A model generated the notes under the pieces. The model made no database searches, was not told the origin of the DNA, and saw nothing but the letters and a program-made list of their open reading frames with translations. Below, piece after piece: positions 45,949 through 54,356 of a DNA stretch of 64,000 nucleotides (its first letter is position 1; each line of letters opens with the position of its first letter). This stretch comes from Acidimicrobiaceae bacterium (GTDB taxonomy: Bacteria > Actinomycetota > Acidimicrobiia > Acidimicrobiales > Ilumatobacteraceae), in assembly GCA_040380855.1 (NCBI GenBank), contig JBEIIG010000009.1, positions 10,699-74,698 on the forward strand, given 5' to 3'. Position numbers and translations under genes: made by a program.

Positions 45949-47387
45949 TCCCCGAACGCTTCGCACCCGTGCTGCGCGAGATGCGGCCGCTCAGCGACCG
46001 GTTCGCCGCGGCCGGGCAGCGGTTGTTCCTGGTGGGTGGCACCGTCCGCGACCTGTTGGTGGGCGAGTTGCCCGACGGCTACGACCTCGATGCCACCACG
46101 ACGGCGCGCCCCGACGAGATCAAACGGTTGCTCCACGGTTGGGCCGACGCCATCTGGACCCAGGGCGAGCGCTTCGGCACGATCGGCGCACTGAAGCGCA
46201 CCGAACTGGCCGACGGCACGGTGGTCGAACGCACCTACGAGATCACCACTCACCGAGCCGAGGCGTACCGCGAGGATTCGCGCAAGCCCGAGGTGTCGTA
46301 CGCCGACGACATCGAGGTCGACCTGTCGCGTCGCGACTTCACCGTGAACGCGATGGCGCTCGAACTCACCACTCCCGATCCGGTGCTGGTCGATCCGTTC
46401 GGCGGGGCCGTCGACCTCCTCACCAAGGTGCTGCGCACGCCGCTCGCTCCGTCGGAGAGCTTCAGCGACGACCCGCTGCGCATGTTGCGCGCGGCGCGCT
46501 TCATCGCCCGGTTCGGACTGCAGCCGCAGCCGGAGTTGGTGGCTGCGGTGCGGTCGATGGCGGCGCGGCTCGAGATCGTGTCGTCCGAGCGCATCCGCGA
46601 CGAACTCGACAAGTTGATCGTGGTGCCGTCGCCGAGTGCCGGCCTGTGGTTCTGCGTCGACACCGGGTTGGCCGACCACTTCTTGCCCGAACTGCCTGCG
46701 ATGCGCCTCGAGCAGGACCCGATCCACCGCCACAAAGACGTCCTCACGCACACCCTCGCCGTGATCGAGAACGTCCGTCCGCTGGCCGACCAGCGCCCCG
46801 GTCACCCACCGTTCGACTTCCGGCGCACGCGGCTGGCCGCGCTGTTCCACGACGTGGGCAAGCCGCGCACCCGCTCGTACGACAAGGGTCGTGGGGTGTC
46901 GTTCCACCACCACGATGCGGTGGGGGCCAAGATGACCCGCAAGCGGCTGCAGGCGTTGCGCTACTCGACGGCCGACACCGAGGCCATCACCGCCTTGGTG
47001 GCATTGCACCTGCGCTTCCACACCTACCAGATGGGCTGGAGCGACTCGGCGGTGCGGCGGTACGTGCGCGATGCGGGCGATCTGCTGCACGAGTTGAACG
47101 TGCTCACGCGCTGCGACTGCACCACCCGCAACGAGCGCAAGGCCATCGCGCTGTCGAAGCGGATGGACGATCTGGAGGTGCGCATCGCCGAGTTGGCCGA
47201 GCGTGAGGTGCTTGCTGCGCTGCGGCCGGAACTCGACGGTGTCGAGGTGATGACGCTGCTCGGCATCGCACCCGGTCCGCAGGTGGGTGCGGCGATGGAC
47301 TTCTTGATGGACATCCGCCTCGACGAGGGCGAGATCGGCAAGGAGGCCGCGACGGCGCGCCTGCTCGAGTGGTGGCGAGCCCGCTGA
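45945..47387 (+). CDS. cca: CCA-adding tRNA nucleotidyltransferase with HD domain
   Basis: GTG overlaps the HDAC stop (GTGA). LFLVGGTVRDLLVG...DLDATT, RDFTVNAMA and the HD region HRHKDVLTHT...FHDVGKP. Confidence 0.85.
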   Translation: MIPERFAPVLREMRPLSDRFAAAGQRLFLVGGTVRDLLVGELPDGYDLDATTTARPDEIKRLLHGWADAIWTQGERFGTIGALKRTELADGTVVERTYEITTHRAEAYREDSRKPEVSYADDIEVDLSRRDFTVNAMALELTTPDPVLVDPFGGAVDLLTKVLRTPLAPSESFSDDPLRMLRAARFIARFGLQPQPELVAAVRSMAARLEIVSSERIRDELDKLIVVPSPSAGLWFCVDTGLADHFLPELPAMRLEQDPIHRHKDVLTHTLAVIENVRPLADQRPGHPPFDFRRTRLAALFHDVGKPRTRSYDKGRGVSFHHHDAVGAKMTRKRLQALRYSTADTEAITALVALHLRFHTYQMGWSDSAVRRYVRDAGDLLHELNVLTRCDCTTRNERKAIALSKRMDDLEVRIAELAEREVLAALRPELDGVEVMTLLGIAPGPQVGAAMDFLMDIRLDEGEIGKEAATARLLEWWRAR

Positions 47388-47408
47388 GCCCGCCCTGCAC
47401 GGGAAGCG

Positions 47409-48011
47409 TCAGACGCCCTGTTTGCGGGCCCGCAGCACCAGCACCGTGGGTGCGGTGGCGTCGCGTGCGGCAAGGGGTGCCAATTCGTGCATCACGTCGA
47501 TGTGGAAGTTGGCGCGCTCGAAGCTCATGTAGAGCTCGCTGATCGATCGGGCGGTCTCGCCGTAGCGGTGCTGGGGTGCCGCCACCCCTGCATCGAACAT
47601 GGCCGCCACCGGATGGGTGATGGCCATCACGAACGACGCGTTGGGCTTCAGGACCCGATGCACCTGGCGGGCGAGGCGGGGCAGGTCGTCGATGTCGTCG
47701 AGGGTCTGGGTGGCGATCACGAGGTCGACCGAGCCGCTGGTGACGAAGCCGAGTTCGGCGAGTTCGCTCTGGTGGCACTCGACGCGAACGGCTGCTTCGT
47801 CGGCGCGGTGGCGGAGCGAGGCGATGCGCTCGGCCGACGGGTCGACCACGATGGCCTTGGCACCGGCGAGCGCCAGTGTGACTGCGTTCGGCGTGATCGA
47901 CGGTGGTGTGGGCCCGACGCCCAACTCGAGGGCGCGCTTACCGGTGACGTCGCCGCAGAGCCGCAATTCGTTGTCGTCGGCGACACCTCGCCCGAACCAG
48001 ACACTGTGCAT
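47409..48011 (-). CDS. Class I SAM-dependent methyltransferase
   Basis: ALELGVGP...VVDPS...DLVIATQTLDDIDD...LKPNASFV pattern. Start uncertain (ATG 48009-48011 chosen; the longer ORF reaches 48146). Confidence 0.65.
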   Translation of the reverse strand: MHSVWFGRGVADDNELRLCGDVTGKRALELGVGPTPPSITPNAVTLALAGAKAIVVDPSAERIASLRHRADEAAVRVECHQSELAELGFVTSGSVDLVIATQTLDDIDDLPRLARQVHRVLKPNASFVMAITHPVAAMFDAGVAAPQHRYGETARSISELYMSFERANFHIDVMHELAPLAARDATAPTVLVLRARKQGV

Positions 48012-48084
48012 GTCAACAGTGTGACCGATCACGGCGCCTGAGCGGCGTATCCGGCCGGGGCTCGGCCCGATAGCGTCGGCGTCC

Positions 48085-48516
48085 ATGGCGACCAGCGGCG
48101 ATCGATCGGGCTTCTCGGCCGGGTCGCTGCGCGGCGCGGCGGGCATCGTCGACCATCGTCTCGCGCGCCGCCACCTCGTGAACGAGTACCGCCGCGGCCG
48201 CCTGCGCCGCGATCAGATCTGCGACGCGCACCCCGAGTTGATCAGGGCGGCGCGCAACGTGGGCACCGAGTCGCGGTCGGCGTGTCCCATCTGTGCCGAG
48301 CCCGAACTCCGACTGGTCACCTATGTGTTCGGCGACCGGTTGCCGTCGCACGGTCGCTGTGTGGGCACGGCCAAGGAGATGGCGGCGCTCCACCAGCGGT
48401 CGACCGACCTGACGGCCTATGTGGTGGAGGCTTGTGTGGCCTGCCGCTGGCACCACCTGCTGCGGGTGTTGCCGGTGGGCTCGGGGCGGGCTCGCCGCAG
48501 CGCCACGGGCGCGTGA
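48085..48516 (+). CDS. DUF5318-like protein with Cys4 zinc-ribbon signature
   Basis: RRHLVNEYRRGRL...CDAHPELIRAARNVG...CPICAE...CVACRWHHL resembles the actinobacterial DUF5318 family. Confidence 0.6.
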   Translation: MATSGDRSGFSAGSLRGAAGIVDHRLARRHLVNEYRRGRLRRDQICDAHPELIRAARNVGTESRSACPICAEPELRLVTYVFGDRLPSHGRCVGTAKEMAALHQRSTDLTAYVVEACVACRWHHLLRVLPVGSGRARRSATGA

Positions 48517-48529
48517 GCGCCGGCCGCCC

Positions 48530-49267
48530 CTAGAACGGGTTGTAGCCGAGGCGGTTGCGTACGGCGATGGCCTCGCCGATGTGTGCGTTGGCGTGACCGA
48601 GCAACGGCCATTGGACGAGCCAGTGCACCGGTCGGCCGTCCCACATCGCGATCAGCCAACCGAACTCGTCGGTGTCGAGACCGCCGAGGCCGACCAGGCG
48701 TCGGCCGGTGTCGGGTATCGAGTCCATCGCCATGGCCGAGAGCCGTTGCAACCAGCGTTCGGTGGTGTCGAACACGGCGGCGACGTAGCCGAGCAGGGCT
48801 GCCGGATCGATCGACGCCGTGATGGTCTCGTCTTCCCGCTCGGTGAGGCCGGCGCCAGCGGATGTGCGTGCGGGGTCGAGGCCCAGTGCGGGCAGGTGTT
48901 CGACGAACAGTGGTGCCCGGTTCCTGATTGCGGTCTGGAGGGCGAGATCGTGATGGCGAGCGAGGTGCAGGGTGAGCCAGGTGATGCTCGAGCCCCCGCC
49001 CGGCGGCGTCTCGGCCCAGCGGTCGACCGGCACCTTGGCCGATACGGCGGTGTCGAGACGGGTGCGCATGTCGCGATGGGCGGCGAGCAACCACGCGCGG
49101 AGATCCACGTCCTCGACCGTAGTGGTCGGCGAACCGTCGCGCACCCCCTCGCTACAACAGGTGCCATGTGGCGAAACACCCGTTACGCTTGCCGAGTCAT
49201 ATTCACCCTGCCCCGTCATGGGGCCCCGTCGTGTAGGGCACGTCGGGTCCGAAGGGAGGTTCCACAC
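48530..49267 (-). CDS. DinB-fold (DinB_2/MDMPI_N-like) protein
   Basis: WLLAAHRDMRTRLDTAV...ITWLTLHLARHHD pattern. Start uncertain; the longest ORF abuts rpsF. Confidence 0.5.
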   Translation of the reverse strand: MWNLPSDPTCPTRRGPMTGQGEYDSASVTGVSPHGTCCSEGVRDGSPTTTVEDVDLRAWLLAAHRDMRTRLDTAVSAKVPVDRWAETPPGGGSSITWLTLHLARHHDLALQTAIRNRAPLFVEHLPALGLDPARTSAGAGLTEREDETITASIDPAALLGYVAAVFDTTERWLQRLSAMAMDSIPDTGRRLVGLGGLDTDEFGWLIAMWDGRPVHWLVQWPLLGHANAHIGEAIAVRNRLGYNPF

Positions 49268-49269
49268 GC

Positions 49270-49602
49270 ATGATGCGTGCCTATGAGCTCATGGTCATCA
49301 TCGATGGCGATCTCGACGACAACGCCGCTCGGGCGTGGGTCACGTCGATCACCAAGTCGATCGAAGCAGCCGGTGGTTCGATCCACGGCAAGGCCGATTG
49401 GTGGGGTCGCCGCCAGTTCGCCTATCAGATCAACAAGAAGGACTTCGGCTACTACGTCGTGTTCCACTTGTTCGCCAAGGGCGGCGCACTCGACGAACTC
49501 GAGCGGTCGTTCCGTATCGCAGACGACATCGTCCGCCACAAGCTGCTCCGTCTCCCCGATGCCGAGGCGGCGCGCCGCGGCATGAGCGAGACCGCGGCCT
49601 GA
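49270..49602 (+). CDS. rpsF: 30S ribosomal protein S6
   Basis: MRAYELMVIIDGDL...WGRRQFAYQINKKDFGYYV. Confidence 0.95.
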   Translation: MMRAYELMVIIDGDLDDNAARAWVTSITKSIEAAGGSIHGKADWWGRRQFAYQINKKDFGYYVVFHLFAKGGALDELERSFRIADDIVRHKLLRLPDAEAARRGMSETAA

Positions 49603-49633
49603 CCACACCGCACCGTCCACGAAGGAGGCCACC

Positions 49634-50119
49634 ATGGCCGATACCACCATCACCGTCGTCGGAAATCTCACCCGCGAGCCCGAATTGCGTTTCACCCAGG
49701 GCGGCAAGGGCGTGGCCAGTTTCGGCCTTGCCGTCAGCCGTCGTTTCCAGGTGAACGGCGAGTGGCAGGAAAAGACCTCGTTCTTCAACGTCAGCGCCTG
49801 GGACAACCTCGGCGAGAACGTTGCCGCCACCCTCACCAAGGGCATGCGCGTCATCGTGACGGGCCGGCTCGAGATCCGCGAGTACGAGGCGCGTGAAGGC
49901 GGCAAGCGCACGAGCGTCGACATCACTGCCGACGAAATCGGCCCCAGCCTCCGGTGGGCCCGTGCCACGGTCGAGCGCACCGAGCGCACCGAGGGCGGCC
50001 AGGGTGGCGGCGGCAACTACGGCGGCGGTGGCGGTAACTACGGCGGCGGCCAGCGTGGCGGCAGTTCATCCGGCGGCCGGGCCGCCGATCCCGTGTACGG
50101 CGACGAAGAGCCGTTCTGA
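49634..50119 (+). CDS. ssb: Single-stranded DNA-binding protein
   Basis: OB fold (TVVGNLTREPELRF), Gly-rich linker and acidic tip DEEPF. Confidence 0.95.
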   Translation: MADTTITVVGNLTREPELRFTQGGKGVASFGLAVSRRFQVNGEWQEKTSFFNVSAWDNLGENVAATLTKGMRVIVTGRLEIREYEAREGGKRTSVDITADEIGPSLRWARATVERTERTEGGQGGGGNYGGGGGNYGGGQRGGSSSGGRAADPVYGDEEPF

Positions 50120-50153
50120 TCTCTCATCCATTCGTCATTCCTGAGGAACAACC

Positions 50154-50552
50154 ATGACCAGTAAGAAGAACAAGGCTCGTGCCCCGCGCGAGACCAACAA
50201 GAAGATCAAGAAGAAGACCAGTGTGCTGGTCACCGACAAGGTCGAGTACGTCGACTACAAAGACGTCAACCTGTTGCAGCGGTTCGTCAGCGACCGCTCG
50301 AAGATCCGTGGCCGTCGTGTGACGGGCAACGATGTGCAGCAGCAGCGCGATATCGCCAACGCCATCAAGAACGCCCGCGAGATGGCCCTGATGCCGTACA
50401 CCAAGCGTGTGTCGCAGACCCGAGCGGGCCGCCCGCCGCGCGACGGCGACGATCGTCCGCGTCGCCCCCGCGACGAAGAGGCTGCGGCGCCGGCGATCGA
50501 GACCCAGGTCGATGCGGTCGAGACCGAGACGGCAGATGAGGTGGAGGCCTGA
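50154..50552 (+). CDS. rpsR: 30S ribosomal protein S18 with a 46-aa C-terminal extension
   Basis: Core [29 protein letters not shown]...[13 protein letters not shown], followed by an Arg/Asp/Glu-rich tail. Confidence 0.93.
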   Translation: MTSKKNKARAPRETNKKIKKKTSVLVTDKVEYVDYKDVNLLQRFVSDRSKIRGRRVTGNDVQQQRDIANAIKNAREMALMPYTKRVSQTRAGRPPRDGDDRPRRPRDEEAAAPAIETQVDAVETETADEVEA

Positions 50553-50554
50553 TC

Positions 50555-50998
50555 ATGAAGGTGATTCTTCGTTCCGATCTGTCCGGTGTGGGCAAGCGCG
50601 GCGACATCGTCGAGGTGTCGAACGGCCACGCCCGCAACTACCTGCTGCCCAAGGGTCTCGCCCTGGTGGCCACCGATGGCGCGGTCTCGCAGGCCACGTC
50701 GATGCGTCGGGCACGCGACCTGCGCGATGCCGCCGATCGCGAGTCGGCGCAGACCATCGCCAGTGTGCTGGTGGCCAAGACCATCGTCATCACGTCGAAG
50801 GCCGGCGCCGAGGGCAAGCTCTACGGCTCGGTCACCACGAGCGACATCGCCCAGGCGATCCACGAGCAGGCCAACATCTCGATCGATCGACGCAAGTTGC
50901 ACGTCGACCCGATCAAGACGCTGGGCACCTACAGCGTGTCGGTGAAGTTGCACTCCGATGTGCAGTTCCCGGTCACCCTCGAGGTCGTCAAGAAGTAG
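50555..50998 (+). CDS. rplI: 50S ribosomal protein L9
   Basis: MKVILRSDLSGVGKRGDIVEVSNGHARNYLLPKGLA. Confidence 0.95.
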   Translation: MKVILRSDLSGVGKRGDIVEVSNGHARNYLLPKGLALVATDGAVSQATSMRRARDLRDAADRESAQTIASVLVAKTIVITSKAGAEGKLYGSVTTSDIAQAIHEQANISIDRRKLHVDPIKTLGTYSVSVKLHSDVQFPVTLEVVKK

Positions 50999-51208
50999 TC
51001 GTCCACACCGGTGGGCCTGTTGTCCCCCGGTGCATGTCGCTTTGTACACATGCCACGTCGGGTAACGCCCCAGCGTGGAGAACCACCCCTGGTCGTACGC
51101 GCCCTGTCGATGGCCCGTCCTCCACAGGGCGCGTCGGTTGTCCCCAGGAAAGACACAGGGTGACACCCCTAGCGATCCACACCCCCGACCAGCCAAGGTG
51201 GTGACCCC

Positions 51209-52591
51209 ATGGCTTCCCGCGACGACGATCGATCCTCCCGCCACCGCAACGGAGCTCCCGCCCGTTCCGATGGTCATGTTCCACCGCACAACCTCGACGC
51301 CGAGGAGAGCCTGCTCGGCGCGCTGCTGTTGTCGCGCGATGTCGTCGGCACCGTGGCCGAGCTGGGTCTGCAGGTCGAGCACTTCTACAAGCCGTCGCAC
51401 CAACACATCTACGCCGCCGTTCGCGGCCTGATGACCACGGGGCAGCCGGTCGATGTGATCACCGTCGCCGACGATCTGCGTCGCAACGGTCTGCTCGACG
51501 AGATCGGCGGCGCGCAGGCCTTGCTCGATCTGCAGAACGCCACACCGGCGGTGTCGAACGCCTCTCGCTACGCCAAGATCGTGCAGGACACGGCGTTGCT
51601 GCGCCGGATGATCGCTGTCGCCAGCGAGATCGCCGAACTCGCCTACGACGAACCCGACGATGTGACCAAGGCGCTCGACGAGGCCGAGACCAAGGTGTTC
51701 GAAGTGGCCGAGGACCGGGTGATCGACACCACCCGACCGCTCGGCGAACTGTTGCCGGGCGCCATGGACCGCTTGCAGGAGACATTCGCCCGTGGCGACG
51801 CCATCACCGGCACCGCAACGGGCTACAACGACCTTGACGAGATCCTGTCGGGGTTGCAGCCCTCGACGCTCAACATCGTCGGTGCCCGCCCCGCCATGGG
51901 CAAGACCGCGTTCGGGCTGGGTATCGCCACCCATGTGGCGGCAACGGCCCGCAAGCCCGTGCTGTTCTTCTCGCTCGAAATGGGACATGCCGAACTGACG
52001 CAGCGAATCCTGTCGGCCGAGGCGCGGGTCGACTCGCAGAAACTCCGCACGGGCCGACTGATCGACAGCGACTGGACCAAGATCGGCCGTGCCATCAACC
52101 GGCTCGAGGTACCGCTCTATCTCGACGACAACCCGCGGGTGACGGTGATGGAGATCCGTGCCAAGGCACGACGGATGAAAGCGCGCCACGGCGGGATCGC
52201 GCTGATCGTCATCGACTACCTGCAACTGATGAGTGGTGGCGGCAACCCCGAGAACCGTCAGTTGGAGGTGAGCGAGATCAGCCGCGGCCTGAAGATCCTC
52301 GCCCGCGAACTCGACGCGCCGATCATCGCCCTCAGCCAGCTCAGCCGAAACCTCGAGACCCGTGCCGACAAGCGCCCGATGCTGGCCGACCTGCGCGAAT
52401 CGGGCTCGCTCGAACAGGACGCCGACGTGGTGATGTTCCTCTACCGCGACGAGGTGTACAACCGCGAGTCACCCGACAAGGGGTCGGCCGAGGTGATCAT
52501 CGCCAAGCACCGCTCGGGGCCCACCGGTGCGGTGAAGCTGGTGTTCAACGGCGCCTACACCAAGTTCGACAACGCCGCGCGCGGTATCTGA
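51209..52591 (+). CDS. dnaB: Replicative DNA helicase DnaB (no intein)
   Basis: PPHNLDAEESLLGALL, Walker A GARPAMGKTAFGLGIA and SLEMGHAELTQR. 460 aa, contiguous. Confidence 0.96.
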   Translation: MASRDDDRSSRHRNGAPARSDGHVPPHNLDAEESLLGALLLSRDVVGTVAELGLQVEHFYKPSHQHIYAAVRGLMTTGQPVDVITVADDLRRNGLLDEIGGAQALLDLQNATPAVSNASRYAKIVQDTALLRRMIAVASEIAELAYDEPDDVTKALDEAETKVFEVAEDRVIDTTRPLGELLPGAMDRLQETFARGDAITGTATGYNDLDEILSGLQPSTLNIVGARPAMGKTAFGLGIATHVAATARKPVLFFSLEMGHAELTQRILSAEARVDSQKLRTGRLIDSDWTKIGRAINRLEVPLYLDDNPRVTVMEIRAKARRMKARHGGIALIVIDYLQLMSGGGNPENRQLEVSEISRGLKILARELDAPIIALSQLSRNLETRADKRPMLADLRESGSLEQDADVVMFLYRDEVYNRESPDKGSAEVIIAKHRSGPTGAVKLVFNGAYTKFDNAARGI

Positions 52592-52640
52592 CCAGCCCTG
52601 TCGGCCCTGGGCACGCACCGGGGCAAATCGACCGAACGGG

Positions 52641-54356
52641 GTGAGGAGCCCACCGGCTGCAGCGATGATCATGCCGATCATGGGTGCTCGTCTGCCATCG
52701 ATCCCAACGCTGGCCGGAGCGTTGCGTCCCGCGTCCCGCCACGTGGTGGGCGAGGTGTTCGCCGGCATCGCCCTCGCAGCACTCTGTCTGCCACTGAACA
52801 TCGGCTACGCCGAAGCAGCGGGTCTGCCGCCGGTCGTGGGCATCTACGCGACCCTTGCCCCGCTCGTGGTGTACGCCCTCACGGCAGGGTCGCGTCATCT
52901 CGTGATCGGTCCCGACTCCACCATCGCCGCCCTGCTGGCGGCCACGGTGGCTCCCATCGCCGCATCGAGTGGTGCTGAGCCGATGGCGTTGGCCACTGCG
53001 ACCGCGATGCTGACAGGCGCGATCCTGGTGGTGTTCTGGGCGCTCCGGCTCGGCGATCTGGTGCGGTTCTTGTCGAAGTCGGTGCTCGTCGGGTTCATCG
53101 CCGGACTGGCGCTCGAGGTGCTGCTGTCGCAGGTGCGCAAGATCATGGGCGTGTCGGTGGAAGCCGACGGCTGGTTCGCCGAGGCGTGGGCCCTCGTGCG
53201 CGCGGTGCCAGAGGCGTCGTGGGCGAGTGTGCTGGTGGGTCTGTCGACCATCGCCTCACTGCGCGTGTTGAAGCGGGTAGCACCGAGGTTGCCGGCGGCG
53301 CTGATCACCCTGATCGTGGTGACCGTGGTGGTGTCGCTCACCGAGCCCGACGGTGTGGCGGTGTTGGGCGAGGTGCCGTCGGGGTTGCCGAACCTGGCGC
53401 TGCCCTCGGTGCCGGCCTCGGCCTGGTTCGACCTGGCACCCACGGCGTTGGCAATCGCCGTGCTCACCATTGCCGAGGGGCTGTTGATGGCCAAGCGGGC
53501 CGCCCGTTCGAACAGTGAGCACTTCGCGGCCAATGGAGAGTTGTTCTCGATGGGTGTGGCGAATGTGGCGGGCGCCATCACGGGGGCGATGCCCTCGGGT
53601 GCCAGCGCCTCGCGCACGGCGGCAATGGGCTCGGCCGGTGCCCGGAGTCAGGTGCCCTCGATGGTGGCTGCTGGCGCGGTGGTGGCGATCGTGCTGTGGT
53701 TCACCGAACCGGTCGGCCGCCTGCCCAGTGCAGCCCTCGCCGGCTTGGTGGCCAATGCGGTGGTGGGCACGATCGAGACCGCCGAACTGCGGCGCCTGTG
53801 GCAGGTGCGGCGCAGTGAGTTCGGCATCGCCCTGGGGTGTCTGCTCGGGGTGTTGGTGCTCGGGCCGATGGCGGCGGTGGTGTTCGCCACGTTGGCCTCG
53901 GCCGTCGACATGATGCGCCGGGCGGCCGACGCACCGTGGGCCAGGCTCGGGCCGTCGGCCGAGGATCACCGCGTGGGGCGATATGGAGCGGCCGACGTCG
54001 CGGCAGGCCCGGTGGGTCTGCGGGTGATCCGGCCTGGCGGGCCGCTGTTCTTCGCCAATGCCGACGAGCTGCTGGCCGTCTTCGAGGACGCCGCGACCGA
54101 TCCGGACACGGTGTGGCTGGTGCTCGACCTCGAGCAGGTGTCGGATCTCGACCCGACGGCGGCCGATGCCCTGGCCGACGGGATCGCTGCCGTGCAGGCA
54201 GCGAATCGGGTGGTGGCGATCACCCGTGCCACCGGACCGATGACCATGCTGCTCGAGCGCCACGGCTTGCTGGCAGTGGTGGGAGAAACGCACCTGTACC
54301 GCACCAACCGCGCTGCCGAGGTCGCCTACCGGTCGGTCACGGGGCAGGCGCCCTAG
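52641..54356 (+). CDS. SulP-family anion transporter with C-terminal STAS domain
   Basis: About 11 TM segments with the SulP pattern (PLNIGYAEAAGLPPVVGIYA). C-terminal STAS-like region (GLRVIRPGGPLFFANADEL...LVLDLEQVSDLDPTAADAL). Start uncertain. Confidence 0.85.
   Translation: MRSPPAAAMIMPIMGARLPSIPTLAGALRPASRHVVGEVFAGIALAALCLPLNIGYAEAAGLPPVVGIYATLAPLVVYALTAGSRHLVIGPDSTIAALLAATVAPIAASSGAEPMALATATAMLTGAILVVFWALRLGDLVRFLSKSVLVGFIAGLALEVLLSQVRKIMGVSVEADGWFAEAWALVRAVPEASWASVLVGLSTIASLRVLKRVAPRLPAALITLIVVTVVVSLTEPDGVAVLGEVPSGLPNLALPSVPASAWFDLAPTALAIAVLTIAEGLLMAKRAARSNSEHFAANGELFSMGVANVAGAITGAMPSGASASRTAAMGSAGARSQVPSMVAAGAVVAIVLWFTEPVGRLPSAALAGLVANAVVGTIETAELRRLWQVRRSEFGIALGCLLGVLVLGPMAAVVFATLASAVDMMRRAADAPWARLGPSAEDHRVGRYGAADVAAGPVGLRVIRPGGPLFFANADELLAVFEDAATDPDTVWLVLDLEQVSDLDPTAADALADGIAAVQAANRVVAITRATGPMTMLLERHGLLAVVGETHLYRTNRAAEVAYRSVTGQAP

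Noticed and set aside
50255-52225. 656-aa minus-strand ORF, together with similar long antisense ORFs at 53256-54878, 56686-58074 and 62140-63780.
   Set aside because: Each is antisense to a motif-supported gene (rpsR-rplI-dnaB, SulP, sulfatase, P450). Their composition is typical of GC-rich shadow frames.
51209-52591. Intein in dnaB, as is common in some actinobacteria.
   Set aside because: The ORF is 460 aa with contiguous helicase motifs and no insertion.
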